Assembly (NCBI GenBank): GCA_032718475.1
Contig: JAUCBJ010006780.1
Location: 1 to 64,000 of the forward strand
Direction: 5' to 3'
Source of the DNA: Nemertoderma westbladi
Taxonomy: Eukaryota > Animalia > Xenacoelomorpha
DNA: 64,000 nt
Every line of letters begins with the position of its first letter. Position 1 is the first letter of the stretch. This document shows, piece after piece, positions 52,289 through 64,000 of this stretch. The notes under the pieces were generated by a model that was given only the letters and a program-made list of their open reading frames with translations, was not told where the DNA came from and searched no databases. The position numbers and the translations under genes were made by a program.

Positions 52289-54660
52289 GGCTCATTCCAT
52301 GAAAAGGTCAACCTCCCTAATTTCGAAAAATGAGATGTAGCTTTGAATTTATACTTCTTTTAGGTCAAAATTTATCGTACTTCCTGAATTCAGTGTTAAA
52401 AATTGTATCAACACAGGTGGTTTCTCAAAAATAGTCGAATTACAAATTATGCACCTGCTCTGCACAAAATGTGAATAAAAGTGTGCAAAAGTTTCGTTTC
52501 TTGTAGGCACTTTCTATGACCAATAAATTAACATTTCTGAGCTTTGTACCAAATCAAAAATAATCCCATTTTCGAATTTTTTTGGTTTCATTTAATTTCA
52601 CCAGCGTTTCATTCCTCTGTAATGAAATCGATAAAGTTAATCTTGTGATGTCCCATACTTTACCTAAAATAGTGAAATTTTTAGTTTATTCACAGAGATG
52701 TAACTCAGCCTAATCACCCAGTTAAATGTAAAGCACGTTTGTGTTGCGTCATCGTATAAGACAATTAGTTTCATCTTCACTCCCTCAGAAATATCATGAC
52801 GGCCAATTGAAAATTGTCCCATACTTTACCATTAAAATGGCGATTATATTAGTGCACTGTATTAATGTAATATGTGAAGCCAGGAGTGTCATAATACTCT
52901 AAGATCATAGTCGGTCGTAAGAATATGAGTCTATATTTGAACTGAGAATCATTCCTCAGTCAAGAACTCTTTTGGTTTTTGCATGTAAAGTCCCATACTT
53001 TACCAAAAAATAGTGAAATTTTTAATTTATACACAGAGAAGTAGTCTAACTCAGCCCAATCACCCAGTGGAATGCAAAACAGGTTTGTGTTGCGTCATCT
53101 TAAGAAACAATTACCTGTAGTTTCATAATCTACTCCCTCAGAAACATCATGATCACGGCCAATTGAAAATTGTCCCATACTTTACCATTATAATGGCGAT
53201 TACATTTTAGTGCACTGTATTAATGTAATATGTGAAGCCAGGAGTGTCATAATACTCTAAGATCATAGTCGGTCGTAAGAATATGAGTCTATATTTGAAC
53301 TGAGAATCATTCCTCAGTCAAGAACTCTTTTGGTTTTTGCATGTAAAGTCCCATACTTTACCAAAAAATAGTGAAATTTTTAATTTATACACAGAGAAGT
53401 AGTCTAACTCAGCCCAATCACCCAGTGGAATGCAAAACAGGTTTGTGTTGCGTCATCTTAAGAAACAATTACCTGTAGTTTCATAATCTACTCCCTCAGA
53501 AACATCATGATCACGGCCAATTGAAAATTGTCCCATACTTTACCATTATAATGGCGATTACATTTTAGTGCACTGTATTAATGTAATATATGAAACCTGG
53601 AGGGCAGGAGTGTTATAATGCTTTAGGGTGATAGTAGTGGGAAGCATAGAAGTATGTATTTGAACTAAGAATCATTCCTCAGTTAACTAATCTTTGAGTT
53701 TATGCATGTAAAGTCCCGTACTTTACAACAAATTTCAAAAAATTTAGTTTTTTAGCAGAAAAGAAGATCGGTAAGTACAGTAACTGATACATTTTTAGAA
53801 AAATGGAAAGAATTTCTAAACTTTTCACAGACTACATGTGTACCAAGTTTGGTTATATTTCATCAATGATTGACGGACTTATTTCGGTTTTTATCAAAAT
53901 TTTGAAACTATCGGTACCAACAGACAGAATGTCTGATATGTCACCTTTCATTCCTTAAACTTCAGATTATTTCCAAACTTTTGACAGACTTCATACGTAC
54001 CAAGTTTGGTTTAATTTCATCTATAAACTGAGTTATACAGTATTAGCGATCAAAAATTAGACAGATGACATACAACTCCTCAACGGCACCCATATGCTAA
54101 GACTTCGGGTCAATTTGTGGGTCGCCCCACATTTTGCATCCATATCTTGGTTGGAAATACTTAGTTGCACTTTATTATCACTAATTATCCAGAAATTACT
54201 GTTAGGTTAAGTGTAAGAGACCATTTTGACCATAAAATTCGGACAGGTCCCGTACTTTACTTAGCAATGTCCCATACTTTACCACACACACCACACTATA
54301 AAAAATTAGCAATGTAGCAATTCGTCTGATATTTATATTTTTATTTAAGCTTAATAATACAGCTTTATCCTAAACATCAACTCAACACCGTACCTGCGCA
54401 CAATTCGCTAAATTTTAGAATTGAAATCATAAAATAAAATAAAAAATTTCGTACGAATCCGTACTTTACCTTAATTGGACAAGCTGGTGTTTTCTCAAAA
54501 GTGACTAAGTCCCGCCATAAGCTTCGCGAAATCAAAGCTGATATTCGAAAGTTCAATCCAAGCACAATTTTGTGCACATATGTGCTGTGGATAACATTGT
54601 ACAGGCAATCAAAGTTCAAAATTGGGTACGAATGTCCCGTACTTTACTTTGGAATGAGCC
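52289..54660. mobile_element. Non-autonomous TIR DNA transposon with a 4-bp TSD and internal ~358-bp tandem repeats, nested in Helitron C
   Basis: TIRs GGCTCATTCCA / TGGAATGAGCC, TACT on both flanks, repeat anchors at 52801, 53157 and 53515, and recurrent GTCCC(A/G)TACTTTAC. Confidence 0.82.
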
Positions 54661-55753
54661 TACTATCAATATTTTTGTAATACATTACGCACCTATGCAG
54701 GGCAGCATCCTAATATCGAAAAACGAAACATTGAGCAAAGTAACGTTTGTACAATACAATATATACGTTCAGTATACAATACAATATATACATATACAAT
54801 ACAATACAATTGTATATATATATATATATATACTATATTGTACAGTACGTTAAAAAAACACTGTTTGTAGGAAATGTATCTTCTATAGGCCTACAATTCT
54901 AAACGAAATAAAGCGAAATTTTGCAGAAAGCATATCATGTCCAATATATGCTCCCTATGGGGTGTCGTCAGAATTTTGATTGAGTCTACGATTATGATCG
55001 GTCATTCTAGAATTTATTTCACTGTTGCTAGGCAACCAACAGGTACCTAGCAACCAAAACCTTGCATACACAACTACTGTAGGTCCGATAACGAACCTAT
55101 ACTTGGGAACGGTATACTACACCATAGGCTGTGTGTTTGGGGCGGATGCTAACCAGTCTGCAGTTCTCCAGTATACTGCTAGAGGGTGCGAAATGTCTGA
55201 AAAGTGAAAACATTCTCACATTTATTTATTAAAAATGCTTTTAAGCTGATACTTGGCAGAGGTCTACTGTACTACATCATAAGCTGCGTCTTTGGGAAGG
55301 ACGTTGACCAGTCTGCAGTTCTCCAGTCCGCCACTAGGGGACGAATTGTCTGAAGGTGAAATCCTTCTCCCATTTAAATTATTTAGAGTTTATTCTTGGC
55401 AGCGATCTAAAAGTACTGTACAGTACCTACTAAACTAAATAAACTATAGGTTGTGTTTACGAGGATGATAACCACCTGCAGTTCTACAGTTTAACCTTTT
55501 TCCATATTTTTACTATTTGTAATCCTTTGGAAATGATACTTGGTAGGCATTTACTATATACAACAAGCCTTATGTTGTACATAGTAGTTTGTAGTAAAAT
55601 ACAGTAGCTTCAATACTTTTGTTTGAGAGAACACTCAATCATGTGACGTTTTGTTAAGTTAAGTTAATTAATTAATTACAGAATTAATGTTTGGAATGGT
55701 GAATAGTCTTGTGAACTAGAAAGCCGTGGCCCGAAGGGCCACTGGCTTTCTAG

Positions 55754-57815
55754 TCTATATATATAAATATCGATTGTCTGTCTGTGTGTTTGTCATCGGC
55801 TATACAATCGAACCCATCTCGATGAAATCTCGCTTGCTATATCTCGTTAGAAAGGTCTCGCCCTAACTCGTTGCAACGTAATACTCAGAGCCGTCGGAAG
55901 TTCGCCCGTCTGCCGCTGGGCGATTTTCGTGATTTTCGGGCGAAATTTATCGAATTATTTCGGTTCTTCTATCGGTAATTAATGATTTAGAGGGCTAACA
56001 TTTATCCCACCTGGTATAAAATTAACATGGGTAGATTCGCCGTGTCCCATTCTCACAAAGTTTTTATTTTATTCGAGTGTTTAATATAAATATGTATGAT
56101 TATTTATTGATTAAAAAGCAAATAGTGTATAAATATGTCATATTCGCCAAGCACGATCGAATTGGCCTATTCTTATTGAATAGGGAAGGATTTTTTTCTG
56201 TATCATAGCAACGTTAAGGTAATTATTGAACTCACAGCTAGCTGGCTGGGCACAGATAAGGAGCAAGCAGGCTGGAGTGTTGATTGGGGTGGGTTTGGGT
56301 TGTCTATTGCGAATTGCTCAAGAGTAATTCTGCTTTCTCAATCATTGGCTGCATGGAAGGAGAGGGTTATAACATTTTTGTTTTACTGTTATGAATATTA
56401 AAAGTAAAATAATTATTTCTGTAGGCCTACATATACTTACTGTATTATTATTTTATCTAATATTATACATCTAATCTCCATGAAATCTCGCTTACTATAG
56501 CTCGTTAGATAGGTCTCGCCCTAACTCGTTGCAACGTAATACTCAGAGCCGTCTGAAGTTCCCCCATCTGCCGCTAGAGGGCGAATTGTCCGATAGTGAA
56601 AACCTGATCTCATTGGGTTGTTTTTAATGCTTTTGAGCTGAAACTTGGTAGCTATATACTGCAGCATAGGCTGTATCTTTACTGAGTGGCAGAGTCGTCT
56701 ACAATTCCCCAGTCTACCGCTAGAGGGCGAAATGTCTGAAAGTTAACATCTTCTCCAACTTTGTTATTTATAATCCATTTAGACTGAACTTGGTAGGCAT
56801 CTACTACAGCATAGGCTATATCTTTACTGAGTCGCGCAGAGTTGTCTACATTACCCGCGTCTGCCTCTAGAGGGCGAAATGTATGAAAGTTAACATCTCC
56901 TCCAACTTTCTTATTTACAATCCTTTTATACTGAAACTTGGTAGGCATCTACTATAGCATAGGCTATATCTTTGCGGAGTAGTAGAGTCGTCTACAGTTC
57001 TACAGTCAGCCGCTAGAGGGCGAATTTTCTGATAGTGAATACCTCATCCCATTTGGTTCTTTTTAATCATTTTGAGCTGAAACTTGGTTGGTATCTACTA
57101 CATCATAGGCTGTATCTTTACGGGGTTGCAGAATCCTATTCACTTCCCCAGTCTACCGCTAGAGGGTGAAATGTCTGAAAGTTAACATCTTCTCCAACTT
57201 TGTTATTTACTAACGGTTTAGACTGAAACTTGGTAGGCATCTACTACAGCATAGGCTGTACCTTTACGGAGTCACAGAGTTGTATACAGTCCCCCCATCT
57301 GCCGCTAGAGGGCGACATATCTGATAGTGAACACCTCATCCCATTTGGTTCTTTTTAATCCTATTGAGCTGGAACTTGGCAGGAATCTACTACAGCATAT
57401 TCTGTATCTTTACGGAGTCCCAGAGTCGTCTACAGTTCTTCAGTCTACCGCTAGAGGGTGAAATGTCTGAATGTGAACATCTACACCAATTTTGTTATTT
57501 ACAATCTGTTTAAGCTGAAACTTGAAAGGCAGGCATTTTACTTCACCATAAACCCCATCTTTACCAAACTGCAGCGCCGTCTGCATTTCACCAGTCCGCA
57601 GGTAGAGGGTGGATCTGAAAGTGATCATTTTCTGGAAATTTTGATATTTACAATCTGCCTAAAGTTGAAACTTGACAGTTATCTCTTATGGGGGTGGTGT
57701 TTTATTTAATGATGGTGTCTGTTCCGTATGCAGTTCTCAAATCTCCCACACATATTCATATATCATCTGCACGTGCACTAGAAAGCTGTGGCCCGAAGGG
57801 CCACAGGCTTTCTAG
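55754..57815 (+). mobile_element. Non-autonomous Helitron B' (second copy of family B, one repeat unit shorter)
   Basis: Near-identical to 27940-30143, with a TC start and a hairpin plus CTAG end. Confidence 0.92.
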
Positions 57816-59493
57816 TCTATCTATATATATAAATATCCTCTGTCTGTCTGTGAGTCTGTGAGTCTGTGAGTCTATGAGTCTGTGAGTCTGTCCAAGCTAT
57901 ACGCTCCGACACACGAGCACCAATCTGAGCGAATGATACATCGATCGAAAGCTCTCGTCCCGAGCACGTAAACTATCGCTATCTCGAGGCTTATTTTACG
58001 CGTTTGCTTGCGTGAATGCGTATTTTGTATTCGCTACAACATGTTGTGTGATAAAATCTCAAAGTGATTCGAATATTCCTTTTGGCAGTACAGGCCTGGC
58101 AAAGCTGAGAGTTAGTTAGCAAGGCAGCTAGCTACTTGCAGACCAATCATAGGTGGCCTGCAGCAGGCTGGGTTGGTTAAGTAGTAATCTCAATAAATAG
58201 GACCCAGCAGGAGAGTGGAGTGGATCTACTGTGATTGGTTCTTGACTTACATTGGTAAGAACAAGCAGTAAATCTTAGATTAGCTTTTTTTCAGTTCACA
58301 TATTGTTTATAATCATAAACACAAAATGATTCAATTATTCATTTTTGCAATGTACCGGATGGGTGCTAGCGAGGTAGGCCTAGCAGGTCGTCAGTCCGTC
58401 ATCCTACAAGTTGGATCTTGACTCTATCATGTGCGTGCACCTATATAATGCAGACCATCCTCAGCCCGTGAACATGAATTGTAAAGGCTATCTCGAGGCT
58501 GATTTTTTACACATTTACTTGATACTTGCATGAATGCGTCTTTGAGGAAAATTGCATTATTCTGCAGTTGTTTTGTTATCGGAGAAATTACTGATCAGCA
58601 AGCAGGAAATTATAACAGCAGTTATTGCATCATCGTAACCACTCTGCTGACACTTTGCAGAATAAATTCTACCTGACCATAGCTGCGTGTTGGGAGGACG
58701 CCGACCAGTTTGCAGTTCTTCAGTCTGCCACTAGGAGGCGAAATGTCTGAAAGTGAAAATCTTATCCTATCTTGTTATTAATAATGATTTTTAGCTGAGA
58801 CTTAGGTCCTTTACACAATATGTTTATAATGTTTTTTTTGCTGATACCAAGCAGAGTATACTACACCGTAGGGTGTGTATTTGGGCTTGGGGAGACGATG
58901 ACTAATCTTCAGTTCCCCAGTCTGCCGCTATTAGGGGATGAAATGTCTGAATGAGGAAACCTACAATTTTGTTGTTTATGAATACTTTTTTGCTGATACT
59001 TGGCATTTGGCAGAGGACTACTACACCATAGTCGTCATGTTTGGGGAGGACGCTAACCAGTGCATAATTATGCAGTCTGCCACTAGGGGGCGAAATGTCT
59101 GAAATTAAAACCTTCCATTTTAATACGATAGAGTTGCTGCAGTGACCTACTGCACTATAGGTTATGTTTGCGAGGACGCTAACCACTACTCTGCAGTTAT
59201 ACAGTTTTCCACTAAGGGGAAAATATTACACACAGTTTAAACCTTTTCACATTTTATTATTTGTAATCCATTGGAGGTGTTACTTGGAAGGTATCTACTA
59301 CAACATAAAGCCTTATGTTTATTATTGTATGTACTGTAGCTGCAACTAAAACGGGATCAGTCTGTTAGTCTTATGTAAAGTTTTGTTAAGTTAATTAATT
59401 TATTTATTTATGTTTGATATTGTCCATTGATTGATTGATTGTATAGAAGCTTGTGAACTAGAAAGCCGTGGCCGAAGGCCACGGGCTTTCTAG
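57816..59493 (+). mobile_element. Non-autonomous Helitron E (diverged relative of A)
   Basis: TC start, an A-like 5' block (CAAGCTATACG...GAAAGCTCTCGTC), diverged repeats, and the hairpin CTAGAAAGCCGTGGCC-GAA-GGCCACGGGCTTTCTAG. Confidence 0.88.
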
Positions 59494-61719
59494 TCTAATA
59501 TATATAAATCTCGATTGTCTGTCTGTCTGTCTGTCTGTGTGTTTGTCATCGGCTATACAATCGAACCCATCTCGATGAAATCTCGCTTGCTATATCTCGT
59601 TAGAAAGGTCTCGCCCTAACTCGTTGCAACGTAATACTCAGAGCCGTCTGAAGTTCGCCCGTCTGCCGCTAGAGGGCGATTTTCGTGATTTTCGGGCGAA
59701 ATTTATCGAATTATTTCGGTTCTTCTATCGGTAATTAATGATTTAGAGGGCTAACATTTATCCCACCTGGTATAAAATTAACATGGGTAGATTCGCCGTG
59801 TCCCATTCTCACAAAGTTTTTATTTTATTCGAGTGTTTAATATAAATATGTATGATTATTTATTGATTAAAAATCAAATAGTGTATAAATATGTCATATT
59901 CGCCAAGCACGATCGAATTGGCCTATTGCTATTGAATAGGGAAGGATTGTTTTCTGTATCATAGCAACGTTAAGGTAATTATTGAACTCGCAGCTAGCTG
60001 GCTGGGCACAGATAAGGAGCAAGCAGGCTGGAGTGTTGATTGGGGTGGGTTTGGGTTGTCTATTGCTAATTGCTCAGAGTAATTCTGCTTTTTCAATCAT
60101 TGGCTGCAGGGAAGGACAGGTTTATAACATTTTTGTTTTACTGTTATGAATATTAAAAGGAAAATAATTATTTCTGTAGGCCTATACTTACAGTACTGTA
60201 TTATTATTTTATCTAATAGTATACATCTAATCTCGATGAAATCTCGCTTACTATAGCTCGTTAGATAGGTCTCGCCCTAAGTCGTTGCAACGTAATACTC
60301 AGAGCCGTCTGAAGTTCCCCCGTCTGCCGCTAGAGGGCGAATTGTCCGATAGTGAAAACCTGATCTTATTGGGTTGTTTTTAATGCTTTTGAGCTGAAAC
60401 TTGGTAGCTATATACTGCAGCATAGGCTGTATTATTTCCGGAGTCACTGGGTTGTCTACAGTTCCCCAGTCTACCGTTAGAGGGCTAAATGTCTGAGAGT
60501 TAACATCTTCTCCAACTTTGTTATTTACAATCCGTTTAGACTGAAACTTGGTAGGCATCTACTACAGCATAGACTGTATCTTTACTGAGTAGCAGAGTCG
60601 TCTACAATTCCCCGGTCTACCGCTAGAGGGCGAAATGTCTGAAAGTTAACATCTTCTCCAACTTTGTTATTTATAATCCATTTAGACTGAACTTGGTAGG
60701 CATCTACTACAGCATAGGCTATATCTTTACTGAGTCGCGCAGAGTTGTCTACAGTACCCGCGTCTGCCGCTAGAGGGCGAAATGTATGAAAGTTAACATC
60801 TTCTCCAACTTTGTTATTTACAATCCTTTTAGACTGAAACTTGGTAGGGCATCTACTATAGCATAGGCTATATCTTTGCGGAGTAGTAGAGTTGTCTACA
60901 GTTCCACAGTCAGCCGCAAGAGGGCGAATTGTCTGATAGTGAAAACCTCATCCCATTTGGTTCTTTTTAATCATTTTGAGCTGAAACTTGGTTGGTATCT
61001 ACTACATCATAGGCTCTATCTTTACGGAGTTGCAGAGTCCTATACACTTCCCCGGTCTACCGCTAGAGGGTGAAATGTCTGAAAGTTAACATCTTCTCCA
61101 ACTTTGTTATTTACAAACGGTTTAGACTGAAACTTGGTAGGCATCTACTACAGCATAGGCTCTACATTTACTGAGTCGCAGAGTTGTATACAGTTCCCCT
61201 ATCTGCCGCTAGAGGGCGAATTGTCTGTTAGTGAACACCTCATCCCAATTGGTTCTTTTTAATCCCTTTGAGCTGGAACTTGGCAGGAATCTACTACAGC
61301 ATATTCTGTATCTTTACGGAGTCCCAGAGTCGTCTACAGTTCTTCAGTCTACCGCTAGAGGGTGAAATGTCTGAATGTGAACATCTACACCAATTTTGTT
61401 ATTTACAATCTGTTTAAGCTGAAACTTGAAAGGCAGGCATTTTACTTCACCATAAACCCCATCTTTACCAAACTGCAGCGTCGTCTGCATTTCACCAGTC
61501 CGCAGGTAGAGGGTGGATCTGAAAGTGATAATTTTCTGGAAATTTTGTTATTTACAATCTGCCTAAAGTTGAAACTTGACAGTTATCTCTTATGGGGGTG
61601 GTGTTTTATTTAATGATGGTGTCTGTTCCGTATGCAGTTCTCCAATCTCCCACACATATTCATATATAATCTGCACGTGCACTAGAAAGCTGTGGCCCGA
61701 AGGGCCACAGGCTTTCTAG
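59494..61719 (+). mobile_element. Non-autonomous Helitron B'' (third copy of family B)
   Basis: Near-identical to B. It ends with hairpin plus CTAG followed by a host T at 61720. Confidence 0.92.
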
Positions 61720-64000
61720 TAATAATAGAAATAGGAGTAAATATTAAACAATAGGCCTACACAGATAGGCCTACAAAGCATGCAAATTAATTTCACAATT
61801 TTTGTAAGGAAAGGAGCAGGTTACATAGGCAGGCTTTTCTAACCGATACAATAAACGGCCCTTTTACCAATTGCTGAATTGTGGGAAAGGAGCAGGTTGC
61901 AGATAAACGATCACTGTACCATATGGTCAGACAGTCGGTCAGACTGTAAATGGCGATGTTAAATTCGGTCGATACGTAATAACTATGTTACATTCGATCC
62001 TGATTACGTTCGGTCATGTAGGCCTACCACGAAAATTTAATTGTCAACTACAATGTTTTGTTCTTTCATAGATCGTTCAGGGAATATTTAAAGCTCTTTG
62101 AACATTAATTGAATATTTTAAGTTCAAACAAATTTTACCATGAAAATTTAATTATTAAAAATAATTAATAATATGGACACAGGAATAAGAAATTGATAGC
62201 AGCGTTTGCCAATATTATCGTTCTCTTAGTTTTACACGTTTACGGTTAGGTTTAGGTTACGGTTAGGATAGGTTTACTTACATACAATGATTAAACAATA
62301 ATTACAACAGATAAAGAAAAACGAAAAGAAAAAGAACAACATAATATTATAATAAATTGAAACACGTTCGTGGGGCCATCGCGCAGGACGAGGCTCAGTT
62401 ATCAGATACAGATTAAAATTGAGCGACAGTATCACAAAATCAGGTTTTGAGAAATTTACCCATACCACCAATCAATCAAAGAAAGGGGGACAGTATGTGT
62501 TCACCCCTTTTAATCTGCCTTGACGTGTTCGATTTTGGAATTTACTTAAAGGCTTACTAAATTTGTTAAGTCCAAACAGTCAATAAAAGCTGTTTTTCAT
62601 TTTCCAGCTCTAGCTGTCTAGTAAACAATGCAGTATCCTAAGGTACTGTATGATTGGAAGTTACCATGTAGATCCATGGTTGGTTACTGGTTCTAAGTAT
62701 TCCTTGCATTTGATTGCTGGACGCCATTTTAGTTTTATACTGCAGTGCGACATGCCTTTGTTCAGTATTCTTCTTTAACAGTTAGCTAGAAGACGTGTTT
62801 GCCTTTTAACATCTGGCTTAGAATCCGGAGAATTATAGTAAATTACCGTGGTACAGTGTGCTGCCGTTTGTTGCACACTGTAACGCAGTGCTGGGGTACA
62901 CTCAAAGTACTGAAACACCATTAAACACTCTATTGCACTGATTTACTGTTGTAACTGTTAAATTATTATATTTGATAGGCAATTATTGTATATTTGGTAA
63001 TGATATGGAGGGAGATGCTGCAAGATTAATACCGCATAACTTCGAACTATCGAACTTCGAATTTATATTCATATTTAACGCAGTAAGCTTTTAGGGGGTT
63101 AATTAGCAGTCTCGGTTCACAATCAATTGCAGTGTATGAGAATATATGTTATCAGATAGCCCCAGTGTGTGTGCCTGTCTACTCCTTATACATGAATAAA
63201 ATTGCCTCAAGTGAGCAAGTCAGTGTCCAGAGTGTATTTCATCCGGTCCATAATACCATGCTTATAAAGAGTATGCAGGCTAGTTCTTGTTAACAATCTG
63301 TTGTAATTACCAAGAGGGCCATCCAACGCCCATGTGATGTGAAGTATACAATATAGTAGTAGTGAAAAACACAGGTTACAGAATGGCTGAATCTAACCAA
63401 AACAATAAACGAATAAGTATCTATACAGGTTATAAGACAGAAATAAGCGCTATAAAACACTTAATAAAGATAAATTTAAAAAAAAATAAAAATCTTTATA
63501 TATAAAATTCCAATACAATCCAATAATTTATTTCATTAAACGTCCGTGGTAAAACAACCTACAGTAATAATAGCCTCTACATAGATTTGAATTCATTACA
63601 AACCTCCTACAAACTTACGGAGTGTTGTTCTATGGGGAAGCGAAGGTGTTCTGTCCGAATTGAAATCGATTAAAGAAACACTGGATTAGATGTAAACACC
63701 ATCTATCATTCATGGCCTATCAATATGGATTCTTTTGTGGTGTTTAAATTGCCGCACAGAGTGTTAATGCCTATTATTATCACACATGTGTTCATTCATT
63801 CACGACTAATATATTTAATGCACAATGGATTAACTTTTTTAGGCCAAATAATATAATACACCATCGTGATACCAATTCATATTCATACCTTGAACAGTTC
63901 GAAATTATTGCGAAGTAACAATTTAGTAAATAAAATAAAAAAACTTTACATTTAATTTGCCGTTTTAATGTATAAAGTTGCCGAGCGCGAGTTTCAGTGA

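Larger units (their letters stand above)
30144..55753 (+). mobile_element. Putatively autonomous 25.6-kb Helitron C (RepHel plus OB-fold gene, nested TEs)
   Basis: The 5' end matches the 5' end of A, and 55100-55753 matches the 3' end of A including hairpin and CTAG. It encloses an intact RepHel gene. Confidence 0.85.

Overview
AT-rich, intron-containing animal genomic DNA (invertebrate, possibly echinoderm-like; the taxon is inference only). The left part holds a 13-bp minisatellite, a ~6.3-kb 58/61-bp satellite interrupted by a Helentron/DINE-1-like insert, and a complete 5-coding-exon CCDC142 gene on the minus strand with TE-filled introns. Next is a 6.6-kb foldback-type Mutator-like element (9-bp TSD) whose transposase is broken by a TA-CAG-TA footprint. 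From 25.75 to 61.72 kb there is a head-to-tail train of six Helitrons (A-B-C-B'-E-B''), all joined CTAG|TC. The central 25.6-kb element encodes an apparently intact 11-exon, ~1574-aa RepHel protein (N-terminal 23-aa STPR-like repeats, HUH-Y2, Pif1 helicase) and a convergent 3-exon OB-fold (SSB/RPA-like) gene. The most striking observation is that every Helitron carries co-oriented ~146-bp tandem repeats, each matching a full-length CTCF site (upstream U motif plus core at the canonical spacing). The window is also peppered with transposon excision footprints of several classes. All coordinates and exon models were read by eye.
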